From assembly GCA_035934835.1 (NCBI GenBank), contig DASYXP010000037.1, positions 1 through 26,914 of the forward strand: DNA of 26,914 nucleotides. The letters run 5' to 3'. A program made the position numbers and the translations under genes. Positions 1 to 7,838 of this stretch are shown piece by piece (positions within the stretch are counted from its first letter, which is position 1; the number at the start of each line of letters is the position of its first letter). A model generated the notes under the pieces. That model did no database searches and was not told where the DNA came from. It was given only the letters and a program-made list of their open reading frames with translations. This DNA is from Gemmatimonadales bacterium. GTDB taxonomy: Bacteria; Gemmatimonadota; Gemmatimonadetes; Gemmatimonadales; GWC2-71-9.

Positions 1-1
1 C

Positions 2-103
2 GCCCGCTTCGTTCCCGACCGCTCCGCCGCCGAGCGCGAGCTGGCCCGTGCCGGCTGGCGACGCGCCGTGGAGGCGAGCCTGGCCTGGGCCCGGGGGCGC
101 TGA
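2..103 (+). CDS. glpK: 3' end of probable glycerol kinase (truncated by window start)
   Basis: Frame from base 2 reads ARFVPDRSAAERELARAGWRRAVEASLAWARGR* (TGA 101-103), resembling the GlpK C-terminal 'F-x-P...GW-(K/R)-x-AV...W' tail. Only 33 codons are visible. Confidence 0.65.
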   Translation, partial: ARFVPDRSAAERELARAGWRRAVEASLAWARGR

Positions 104-104
104 C

Positions 105-1523
105 CTAGTTCGACGGGATGTTGGTCCCGTGGCAGGCCACGCACATCGTCGGGTTCTTCTTCCGGAGTTGCGCGGCATCGAAGCCCGGACCGTGTGGGTC
201 GAAGCCGCGCCCGCCGGTGGCCGAGTGGCAGGTGAGGCAATCCCGCTCGGCGTGACAGCTCACGCACGTCTCCAGCCCCTGCCGCGCCGCCTGCCCGTGC
301 GACAGCAGGAACGCCCCCTGCGCGTCGTGGAATCCGGGCTTGAGCGGCCCCGCCGCAGTGACCCCCGCCATCCGATGGCAGTCCTGGCAGAACCCCCGCG
401 TGTTGTGGCACTCGGCGCAGGAACTCTCGCGCGCGTATGCCTCGGCCGGGTGGCGGGTCAGGAAGCCGGCGGGGTGGTAGCCGGTGGCGGCGCCCGCATC
501 GGGTCGGTGGCACTCGAGGCACTGGGAGCGTGCGTGACACGCGGAGCAGGACTGCGGACGCGCGGCGGCGTCGGCGCCGTGGGAGCGCTTCCACGCAGGA
601 TCCTGGTGCGTTGGCGGCGGCCGGCGCACCAGGATCGCTCCGGAGGGACGTCCCGGCACGGCGGTCGCGAGTCGACGGACCTGGTCCGGCACCCTGCCCT
701 GGTGACAGGTGGTACAGCTCTCCTGTGAGTGGCAGGTGGAGCAGGTGGCACCTGAGCGCCGCGCCAGCGCCCCGTGCTTCCGGTCGAACCGGGGATCCGA
801 ATGCGAGGATGGCTTGGCGGTCGGCGCCTTGAGCGCCAGCGATCGCGGGTCGGCCGCCAGCGTCAGGATGGCCGGGACCTTCGCGGCGTTGGCGTGGCAG
901 GTGGCGCAGAAGTCCTGCGCATGGCACAGGGCGCAGGACGTGTTCGACGCCTTGGCCGCGCGTCCGTGCCCGCCGCCGAGCGTGAAGGCGCTGTCCCGGT
1001 GGGAAGGCGGGGCGGGGAACTTCGCCACCTCGGTCGCGGACAACCGTGATGCAGCGAGCGTCACGTGACACTGCGTGCACGCGCTGTCGGTCTGGGTCAG
1101 GTGGGCGCCACCCGGCGCGTGGCAACCGACGCAGCTCTCCGGCACCGGGAACCGCACCGACGTCATCCACCGCGCCCCGCTCTGCGCGTGACAGGTGACG
1201 CACGTCGCCGAGTCCTTGCCCTGGCGGGCGAGCGCGGCGCGATGGGCATCGTGGGCGAACCGGAGGTTCGATGCCGGAGCCGCCGCCGGAGGCGTCCACA
1301 GGACCTTCGACCGCAGCGTGCCGTCGTGACAGGTGGCACAGACCGTGGCCGCCGGGTACAGCGCCAGCCCCGGATCCTGCGCCCCGGCGTGGCAGGAGAC
1401 GCACGACGGAAAGAGCTTGGCGTGCCGGGCGTGGTCGAATCGCCCGGTGTCGGCCTGTTGCTGCGCACGCAGCGGAGCGCCGGCCGCGAGCGTGAGCAGC
1501 GCCGCAAGGAGGACGGACCGCAT
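105..1523 (-). CDS. Secreted 16-heme c-type cytochrome (c3/c7-like N-terminus plus five tandem di-heme modules), 472 aa
   Basis: ATG at 1523 overlaps the upstream TGA by 1 bp. Sec-type signal MRSVLLAALLTLAAGAPLRA|QQQ. 16 CXXCH motifs counted. The ORF-track start at 2453 is a shadow extension. Confidence 0.92.
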   Translation of the reverse strand: MRSVLLAALLTLAAGAPLRAQQQADTGRFDHARHAKLFPSCVSCHAGAQDPGLALYPAATVCATCHDGTLRSKVLWTPPAAAPASNLRFAHDAHRAALARQGKDSATCVTCHAQSGARWMTSVRFPVPESCVGCHAPGGAHLTQTDSACTQCHVTLAASRLSATEVAKFPAPPSHRDSAFTLGGGHGRAAKASNTSCALCHAQDFCATCHANAAKVPAILTLAADPRSLALKAPTAKPSSHSDPRFDRKHGALARRSGATCSTCHSQESCTTCHQGRVPDQVRRLATAVPGRPSGAILVRRPPPTHQDPAWKRSHGADAAARPQSCSACHARSQCLECHRPDAGAATGYHPAGFLTRHPAEAYARESSCAECHNTRGFCQDCHRMAGVTAAGPLKPGFHDAQGAFLLSHGQAARQGLETCVSCHAERDCLTCHSATGGRGFDPHGPGFDAAQLRKKNPTMCVACHGTNIPSN

Positions 1524-3007
1524 CACGGCACCCTCGCCGGCGGCAGGGGAAGGCGGTCGGCATCCGAGACGAGGATCCAGTTCGCCGAGACCGAGAATCG
1601 GGTCTGGTCCCAGGAGATCCCGGCTGCGTCCGGGCGGCTGCGGTCCTCGTTCCATCGGTCGAGGTTGGCGCCGAGTCGCAGGCGCTCGTTCAGGCGCAGG
1701 TCGGCCGAGGCGCCGTACCACGCGAGGGACGCCACGTCGTAGCGGTACTCGAGCGGCCGGTCGAGCGTGCCGCCGTGCGCGGAGAGCGAGATCCGGGAGC
1801 CGGTCCGCCAGGTCAATGCGCCGTTCCAGCCCTGCGATCCGGCACCGGGGCCCAGCTCGGCGTTCCACCCCGCCGACGTGGTCACGCGGTCGCTCGCCAG
1901 CCAGGACACGGCCACCGACGAGCGCCACCCGTGGTCCGTGAAGCTGGTGAGCGGCGTGTTCACCCCGGCCGGCGGGTACCAGTAGCGCTCTCCCTGCCAT
2001 TGGATCGACAGGCGCGGGACCACCGTCCAACTCACGGCGCCGTCGACCGCGTGGTACGGAAGCGGGCTGAAGGCCTGCCAGATGCTCCACAGGTCGAAGA
2101 TCGGCCGGTACTGGCGCACCGTCGCGGACACCGTCACCGGGCGCGCGAGCCAGCGCGCTCCGAGGTCCCAGCTCCCCCAGAGGCCGGCCGCGAGGTCGTA
2201 CTGCACGTCGGCGGTGAGCGCGAGCGAGGTCCGGGGGATCCGTGCGTCGCCGCTCATCCCGACCCGCTCCTGGTCGATGCCGTAGTGGAGCGCGTCGGTC
2301 AGGCGCAGGTACTCTGCGGCGATGTCGCCGGCGGTGCCCGAGTATCGCGCTGCACCACCCACGAAGAGCTGGCTGCGCGACGGCTGGAAATCGTTGAGCG
2401 GGTCGAGGGCGCCGCTCGTCACGGGCACGTTGGCGGCGCGTCCGAGTCCCCACCCGCCGTACACCTCGGCGGTCAGCCTACGGGAGCGGTCCCGCGCGGT
2501 GGCGGCGAGCCCATCGAAGCCGTAGCGGCCGAGCCTGCCGTCGGTGATCTGGCGGCCAAGGCGCAGGCCCCAGCCGCCGTGGTCGTAGTCGGCGTAGCCC
2601 TCGACGAGCTCGAACGTCCGGTCGGGTCCGGGCCAGGCGCCGCCGCTGCCGAGGTCGCCGCCGACGCGGGCGTGGCCGTGGAGGCTCAGCCCGGCCACGC
2701 CGAGCCCCCACATCGTGGCGTCGGCGTCGACCACGCCGGGGGTGCTGGCCTGCCGGCCCCCGGGGCGGAAGAACACGCAATAGGCGCCGCCATCGCAGGC
2801 GACGGCGTAGCCGTCGGGGGTGGTCGGTCCGCCGCCGGGGCCGCTCACCACCGAGCCGGAGGGGATGCTGTCCATCTGCCAGCCACGATAGCTCACCGAC
2901 TGGGCGTTGGCATCGAGCCGGACGCGCCACCCCTGCGCCGCCGCAGCCACGGGCGCCAGGAGCGCGGCGGCGCAGAGGATGGCGCTCCGGGCGCGTGCGG
3001 CGGTCAC
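1523..3007 (-). CDS. Predicted outer-membrane beta-barrel (porin of a porin-cytochrome unit), 494 aa
   Basis: GTG at 3007 overlaps the upstream stop (GTGA). Signal peptide ...LLAPVAAAA|QGW. Many alternating-hydrophobic, Trp/Tyr-rich strands (e.g. WRVRLDANAQ, WRSSVAVSW, TRFSVSANW). No heme motifs. Coupled to a cytochrome gene on each side. Confidence 0.78.
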   Translation of the reverse strand: MTAARARSAILCAAALLAPVAAAAQGWRVRLDANAQSVSYRGWQMDSIPSGSVVSGPGGGPTTPDGYAVACDGGAYCVFFRPGGRQASTPGVVDADATMWGLGVAGLSLHGHARVGGDLGSGGAWPGPDRTFELVEGYADYDHGGWGLRLGRQITDGRLGRYGFDGLAATARDRSRRLTAEVYGGWGLGRAANVPVTSGALDPLNDFQPSRSQLFVGGAARYSGTAGDIAAEYLRLTDALHYGIDQERVGMSGDARIPRTSLALTADVQYDLAAGLWGSWDLGARWLARPVTVSATVRQYRPIFDLWSIWQAFSPLPYHAVDGAVSWTVVPRLSIQWQGERYWYPPAGVNTPLTSFTDHGWRSSVAVSWLASDRVTTSAGWNAELGPGAGSQGWNGALTWRTGSRISLSAHGGTLDRPLEYRYDVASLAWYGASADLRLNERLRLGANLDRWNEDRSRPDAAGISWDQTRFSVSANWILVSDADRLPLPPARVP

Positions 3008-4971
3008 GGTCGACCCCCGTCCGCCCACCGCTCCTGGATGCCGGTCAGGTGGCAGGTGGCGCATTCACGGCCCGGCTCGTGGGTCCGCTGGGCGGCGTGG
3101 CAGAGCAGGCACAGGTTGCGGGTCGGCGTGAGCGTCGCGGCCGCCACGTCCGTGTGGCACGCGCTGCAGCGGCGATGTGCGTCGATGGGCGGGGCGTGGG
3201 CGGTCTGCAACCCGGTGCCGACGTGGCAATCGGTGCAGTCGGTGGCGGGGCCGGCGTGGCGGTCGTGGCACGAGGCGCAGCGCACCGCCGGATCGGCCGC
3301 CAGCGTCACCGGGGTCGTGTGGCACGACAGGCAGTCGATCGAGTCGTGCCGTGCGTGCGGGAAGGCCACCGGACGCGTGATCGGCCCGCGCCCCGGCGCG
3401 CCCACCGGCACGGCGACCGTCACCGCCGCGGTGCGTGTGCTCGGGTCGTGACAGGTGCTGCACGTGCGGCGTTCCGGCGCCTGGTGGTGGCAGATCTGGC
3501 ATCCGCGTGGCGGATCGAAGGTGAGCTTCCGCTGGGAGCCGGGATCGTGGCAGGTCAGGCAGGCGAGCTTCTTGTGGATCGCGTGCGAGAACGAGTCCGC
3601 CGCCGACGGTGTGGCGTGCGGCGGCGGATCATTCGGCGGCGGTGCGTCCCCTTTTCCTCGGGGTTCCGGGTCGGCCCCGGGTGGCGCCGGACTCGCGCCC
3701 AGCGCCTTGACCGTGTCGAACGGGACCGGCGGGAGGAGACGCTCCTTGCCCTTGTGGGGGGTCCGGACCTCGCGATGGCACCCGGTGCAGTCGCTGGCGT
3801 CCACCCGCGCGGTGTGGGGCTGGTGGCAGTTGATGCAGGTCGTGGGACCGACGGCCTTCCGGTGGGCCGCCCCGCTGTGGAACGGGATCTTCTTCCATTC
3901 CGTGTGGCACTGGGCGCAGCGCGCCGCGGCATCCGCCGGCTTGGTCTGCTTGTGCGGGTCGTGACAGTCGCCGCAGCGGGCGCGGTGCGGGTCGCGGGTA
4001 AAGTCGAAGGCGGAGATCAGCCCTCGCATCTGGTGGCACGCGGTGCATTCCCGCCCGCTCGGGATGAGGAGCTTCGACGCCGAGTCGCGCTCGGCCAATG
4101 CCGGCACGCCCACGTCGAACTGGTGGCACAGCGTGCAGTGCATCTGGGTCTGGGCGGCCTGCATGGTGCCCAGGCGGATCCTGGTGCCGATGTGGCACCC
4201 GGCATCGAGGCAAGTGGTGTCCGCCGGGATGAACCGGTGGGCCGAGCGCGCGTGGCAGGTCAGGCATTCGACCTTGCCCTTGAGGACGGCCGAATCGGAT
4301 GAGAGGTGGATGCGGTGCCCGGCGGTGGCACTGACCTGCTCCCAGCTCTTCTTGGCGTCGCCGCGTTCGTGGCATTGTTCGCAGACCGCGCGCGGCACCT
4401 TCCCGTGCGGCGGGACGACCTCGGGCCGCGCCAGGATCCAGCCGATCATCTCCTTGGTCTGGGCCTCGAGGTTGAACGGGTGGCACGAGTGGCAGGAGAG
4501 CTTCGCGTGCTTTCCCTCGAGCGCGTTCACGAGCAGGTACGTGCCGGTGTCGGGACGCACGAACGGCTGGCCGCTCGGGATGAAGATGTGGCACCCGCGG
4601 CAGAAGTTGTTGTCGTGCATCACATAGTCGAACGACTTGTGCGCCCCGAGGCCGGCCAGGGCCACCACGAGCACCACGCCGCCGATCATCGCCCCCTGCA
4701 CCCATCCCTGCCGCACCACGATCCAGGCCCACATCGCGCGCCGCCGCCGCCAGAGCCACACCAGGGCCACCACGCCGACGATCGCACCCAGGACCGCGCC
4801 CCCGGCCATCAGCCACGGCGGCTGCTGGAACAGGAACTGGGCGACCTTGACGATCGGGTCGGGCAGGGGGGAATGGATGACGACGGAATCCACCGCCTCG
4901 TGGATCCGCTCGGCCTGTTGACCGGTGGGCACGCCAGCGGCGCCTTGAAGCAGGTGGACGACCCCGCGCAA
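3004..4971 (-). CDS. Membrane-anchored multiheme cytochrome with NapC/NirT-like N-terminus (19 CXXCH + 1 CX4CH)
   Basis: Two N-terminal hydrophobic helices (AVLGAIVGVVALVWLW; GAMIGGVVLVVALAGLG) followed by 'SFDYVMHDNNFCRGCH', as in NapC/NirT heme 1. 19 CXXCH plus CLDAGCH. Start uncertain: TTG at 4971, or upstream non-canonical codons. Confidence 0.88.
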   Translation of the reverse strand: MRGVVHLLQGAAGVPTGQQAERIHEAVDSVVIHSPLPDPIVKVAQFLFQQPPWLMAGGAVLGAIVGVVALVWLWRRRRAMWAWIVVRQGWVQGAMIGGVVLVVALAGLGAHKSFDYVMHDNNFCRGCHIFIPSGQPFVRPDTGTYLLVNALEGKHAKLSCHSCHPFNLEAQTKEMIGWILARPEVVPPHGKVPRAVCEQCHERGDAKKSWEQVSATAGHRIHLSSDSAVLKGKVECLTCHARSAHRFIPADTTCLDAGCHIGTRIRLGTMQAAQTQMHCTLCHQFDVGVPALAERDSASKLLIPSGRECTACHQMRGLISAFDFTRDPHRARCGDCHDPHKQTKPADAAARCAQCHTEWKKIPFHSGAAHRKAVGPTTCINCHQPHTARVDASDCTGCHREVRTPHKGKERLLPPVPFDTVKALGASPAPPGADPEPRGKGDAPPPNDPPPHATPSAADSFSHAIHKKLACLTCHDPGSQRKLTFDPPRGCQICHHQAPERRTCSTCHDPSTRTAAVTVAVPVGAPGRGPITRPVAFPHARHDSIDCLSCHTTPVTLAADPAVRCASCHDRHAGPATDCTDCHVGTGLQTAHAPPIDAHRRCSACHTDVAAATLTPTRNLCLLCHAAQRTHEPGRECATCHLTGIQERWADGGRP

Positions 4972-5020
4972 GGCGCCGATGGAACGGATCAGGAGAATCG
5001 TGGCCTCCCCGGCCGCTGCG

Positions 5021-6577
5021 TCATCGCGTGGAGGCCAGGCCGCCGGTGCGCGGAGGCACGTAGTGCACCGCCGGGCGCGCGAGGGCCCGGTCGATCAGCT
5101 CCTGCACAGCGGGCGGCGGCGGCGCCAGCCCGTACTGCGTCTTCACCGCGTTGATCGTGGCCGCCAGCATCCCTTCGTAGTAGAAGGGGTTGTGCACGCC
5201 ATACGAGCCATCGGAGTGGCTGTACTGGGTCGCCTCGGCGAACATCTGGGCGTTGAAGAGGCCACCCTCGGCCGTGGTGACGGCGTTGGCCGCGTTGAAT
5301 TCGGACGGCGTGGTGGCATAGATCTGGGCCAGGTAGCCGCTGTCGGTCGGGAATGCGTCCAGCGTCCCGTTGTGGTTCACGTCGTTCCACAGCTGGTTGA
5401 CAAGGCCGGCGACCGTGGCCCGCTCGTTGTTGAAGAGGTTGGTCACGACCGTGGCGTCGGCGTGGCAGCCGCTCTGGGTGCAGCTCCCCCAGTTGCGCGC
5501 CGTGGAGGTGTAGGCGCAGCTGTTGTCCGCCACCGGCACCCCGGCGCCATTGACGCACGGTGCCGGCCGGAACAGGTGGCCCACCGACTGGAAGACGAAC
5601 CCGTTGCTGTCGGTGACGGTGAACGGGTGAACGTGGCAGCCGGCGCACAGCAGCGGGTTCGACGCCGAGCCGTGCGTGGTGTAAGCGCCGGACGAATCGT
5701 AGGTGAAGCCCGGCGGCACCCAGCCCGCGCCCTCGCCGATCAGGATGGCGCCCTGCACCGCGTGGGCGCCGCGCGAGCCGCGGGTGAAGTTCGAGGCCGG
5801 CGTGGTGTTCCGCCAGTGGCACTGCATGCAGAGATTGACCGACGGGTCGGGCGAGGTGATCGGCAGCCGGAGGCTCGCGGTGTTGGGCGAGCCGTGCGGA
5901 TCGTGGCAGACGACGCAGGTGATCGTCTGGGTGTTGCCGCTTGACGCTTCGGCGTAGACGTTCGACCCGCCGAACCGCGCCAGCGCGGCCTTCCCCTCGT
6001 GGCACCCCTGGCACCCGGCGGTGGTGGCCGGATGGTCGTTGGCCGCCGAGTCGCCGTGGCCGGACGCCGCCCACTGCTCGACGAACGGCTCGTGCGCGCC
6101 GCTGTGGCAGGCGCCACAGCTCGCGAGCGTGTCGTGCAGGCTCATGTGGGCCAACGGGGCGGTCCCGCCGTCGGGGTTGCTCACGTGGGTCTGGCCCGGG
6201 CCGTGGCAGGACTCGCACTGGACGTCCTGGTAGACCGTGGACGGCACCTTGTCGTAGCCGGCGCTGTCCCGGCCGTTGCCGTTGCCGGAGACCGTGTGGC
6301 AGGTCTTGCAGTAGCCCGCCGCGTTGGCCGGCAACGCCGACCACGCCTTGGCGTGGGGGCTGTTGCTGAGCCACTGCCCCTGCGTGGTGGCGTGGCAGTT
6401 GCCGCAGGTGGTCTGCTTGGTGGCGGTGTTGTAGTACCCGAGGAATCCGTTCGTCTGGTCGGGCGGCGGGTTGAACGGCGCGCGATCGCGATAGACGATC
6501 TGGTCGCAGCCGGCGAGGGTGAAGACGAGCACCGCCGAGGCGGTGAGGAGCAAGGTCATCCGTGACGTGCGACGCAT
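5021..6577 (-). CDS. Lipoprotein multiheme cytochrome (8 CXXCH + 1 CX4CH), c554/NrfA-superfamily-like
   Basis: GGAG RBS upstream. Lipobox LAGC. CGNCH, CKTCH, CESCH, CGACH, CQGCH, CVVCH, CMQCH and CAGCH plus CTQSGCH. 'VQCESCHGPG' and the C-terminal 'DGSYGVHNPFY' are typical of this superfamily. No CXXCK. Confidence 0.88.
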   Translation of the reverse strand: MRRTSRMTLLLTASAVLVFTLAGCDQIVYRDRAPFNPPPDQTNGFLGYYNTATKQTTCGNCHATTQGQWLSNSPHAKAWSALPANAAGYCKTCHTVSGNGNGRDSAGYDKVPSTVYQDVQCESCHGPGQTHVSNPDGGTAPLAHMSLHDTLASCGACHSGAHEPFVEQWAASGHGDSAANDHPATTAGCQGCHEGKAALARFGGSNVYAEASSGNTQTITCVVCHDPHGSPNTASLRLPITSPDPSVNLCMQCHWRNTTPASNFTRGSRGAHAVQGAILIGEGAGWVPPGFTYDSSGAYTTHGSASNPLLCAGCHVHPFTVTDSNGFVFQSVGHLFRPAPCVNGAGVPVADNSCAYTSTARNWGSCTQSGCHADATVVTNLFNNERATVAGLVNQLWNDVNHNGTLDAFPTDSGYLAQIYATTPSEFNAANAVTTAEGGLFNAQMFAEATQYSHSDGSYGVHNPFYYEGMLAATINAVKTQYGLAPPPPAVQELIDRALARPAVHYVPPRTGGLASTR

Positions 6578-6657
6578 CGGGGGACTCCGTGGTTTCCCGG
6601 ATGGCGTATATTCAAGTCTCTCCCGGTTTGGCGCAAGCCGAAAAAGGTGAAACGACT

Positions 6658-7341
6658 ATGAAACCAGCTTCAGGTAGCCATTGCCCCAGCTGCGGCCAGC
6701 TGACCGGCGAAAGTGCCCGATTTTGCGCGAGTTGCGGAGCCACGTTGCAAACCGCACCGCGCAAGGGACCTAGCTCCTTAATGCTTGCGGCTGGCGGGGT
6801 CGTGATCTTCGCCTTGGGCCTCGGGCTCGGCTATCTCGCGGCCGGCGATCGCGGGCGGGCGCCTCAGCCGGTCGCCGCGGACGCCGGTGGCGCCGAGGCG
6901 GCGCCGCCCGACATCAGCAACATGTCGCCACGGGAGCGGTTCGACCGGCTGTACGACCGGGTCATGCGCGCCGCCAGTTCGGGGGACGAGGCCACGGTCC
7001 AGCGCTTCGGGCCGATGGCCGTCGCCGCATACGGGATGCTCGACAGCGTCGACGACGATGCCCGCTACGACGCCGCGCTCCTGAAGATCCACCTGGGCGA
7101 TGTGGCCGGCGCCAAGGCCCTGGCCGACACCATCCTCAGGCGCACGCCGACGCACCTCTTCGGCCTCATGATCCGGGGCACGCTCGCCCGCGCCGCCAAG
7201 GACAGCGTCGGCGCCCGGCGGAATGAGCGGGCCTTCCTCGCGGCCTATGACAAGGAGATGACCAGGGCCCGGCCCGAGTACGCCGAGCATAAGTCCGCCC
7301 TCGACGCATTCCGCGCCCAGGCCCAGGGCGACGTGAAGTAG
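6658..7341 (+). CDS. Zinc-ribbon / single-TM / TPR-like helical protein, 227 aa
   Basis: ATG at 6658 after AAAGGTG. CPSC..CASC zinc ribbon, TM helix (LMLAAGGVVIFALGLGLGYLAAG), then a helical-repeat-like domain (ARYDAALLKIHLGDVAGAKALADTIL). Confidence 0.75.
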   Translation: MKPASGSHCPSCGQLTGESARFCASCGATLQTAPRKGPSSLMLAAGGVVIFALGLGLGYLAAGDRGRAPQPVAADAGGAEAAPPDISNMSPRERFDRLYDRVMRAASSGDEATVQRFGPMAVAAYGMLDSVDDDARYDAALLKIHLGDVAGAKALADTILRRTPTHLFGLMIRGTLARAAKDSVGARRNERAFLAAYDKEMTRARPEYAEHKSALDAFRAQAQGDVK

Positions 7342-7420
7342 CGGCGGGCTTCCCCTTGGGGCATGCTGTGTATATTGGAATCCGGAGCTGATCGCAGCAC
7401 CGGACCCAAGGGAGGGCTCC

Positions 7421-7831
7421 ATGAAAGCGGGCACCAAGTTCCTGCTCGGCGCGGCGGTGATCGTTGCCAGCGTGAGCGTCCTGATGGTGGAAGGGGTCAA
7501 GGAGACGGGGACGTACTTCCTGACCCCGACCGAATTGAAGGGCAAGGTCGCGGCCGACCCGACGTTCGTGAATGTCGGCCTCAAGGTGGGCGCCAAGGTG
7601 GTCAAGGGCTCGCTCACCCGCAACACCGCCGCCCACGAGATCGACTTCAAGGTCTCCGACGGCACCACCGTCTATCCCGTCACCTATCGCGGCACCATCC
7701 CCGACACCTTCACCGACGCGGACGACATCGACGTCGTGGTCGAGGGCCGGCTCCAGGCCGATGGCGTGATCCACGCCACCGACGTCCTGGCCAAGTGCGG
7801 CTCCCGCTACGACGCCGTGCCCAAGGCCTGA
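7421..7831 (+). CDS. ccmE: Cytochrome c maturation heme chaperone CcmE, CxxxY variant
   Basis: N-terminal TM, 'YFLTPTEL', 'VTYRGTIPDTF', 'VVVEG' and terminal 'VLAKCGSRY'. GGAGGG RBS. Confidence 0.93.
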   Translation: MKAGTKFLLGAAVIVASVSVLMVEGVKETGTYFLTPTELKGKVAADPTFVNVGLKVGAKVVKGSLTRNTAAHEIDFKVSDGTTVYPVTYRGTIPDTFTDADDIDVVVEGRLQADGVIHATDVLAKCGSRYDAVPKA

Positions 7832-7838
7832 GCCGACC

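Noticed and set aside
1524-2453. ORF-track N-terminal extensions (782-aa, 827-aa, 626-aa, 393-aa, 252-aa versions and similar)
   Set aside because: Signal peptides, RBS positions and stop/start overlaps place the real starts downstream. The extensions run through neighbouring genes.
1775-3451. Long opposite-strand or alternate-frame ORFs (e.g. 1775-3451 +, 7710-9950 -, 20315-22282 -, 25067-26896 -)
   Set aside because: Shadow ORFs expected in high-GC DNA. They are Arg/Pro/Ala-rich, have no motifs and fully overlap well-supported genes.
105-4971. Calling the locus mtrA/mtrB/mtrC
   Set aside because: Heme counts (16 and 20) and spacing do not match decaheme MtrA/MtrC, and the barrel is much shorter than MtrB. 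Only the architecture is analogous.
5021-6577. Calling this gene nrfA
   Set aside because: No CXXCK motif, and heme number and lipobox differ from NrfA.
7371-7376. Isolated -10-like hexamers (TATATT 6607-6612 and 7371-7376, TACATT 26696-26701)
   Set aside because: Plausible, but no convincing -35 at the proper spacing, so they were not called as promoters.
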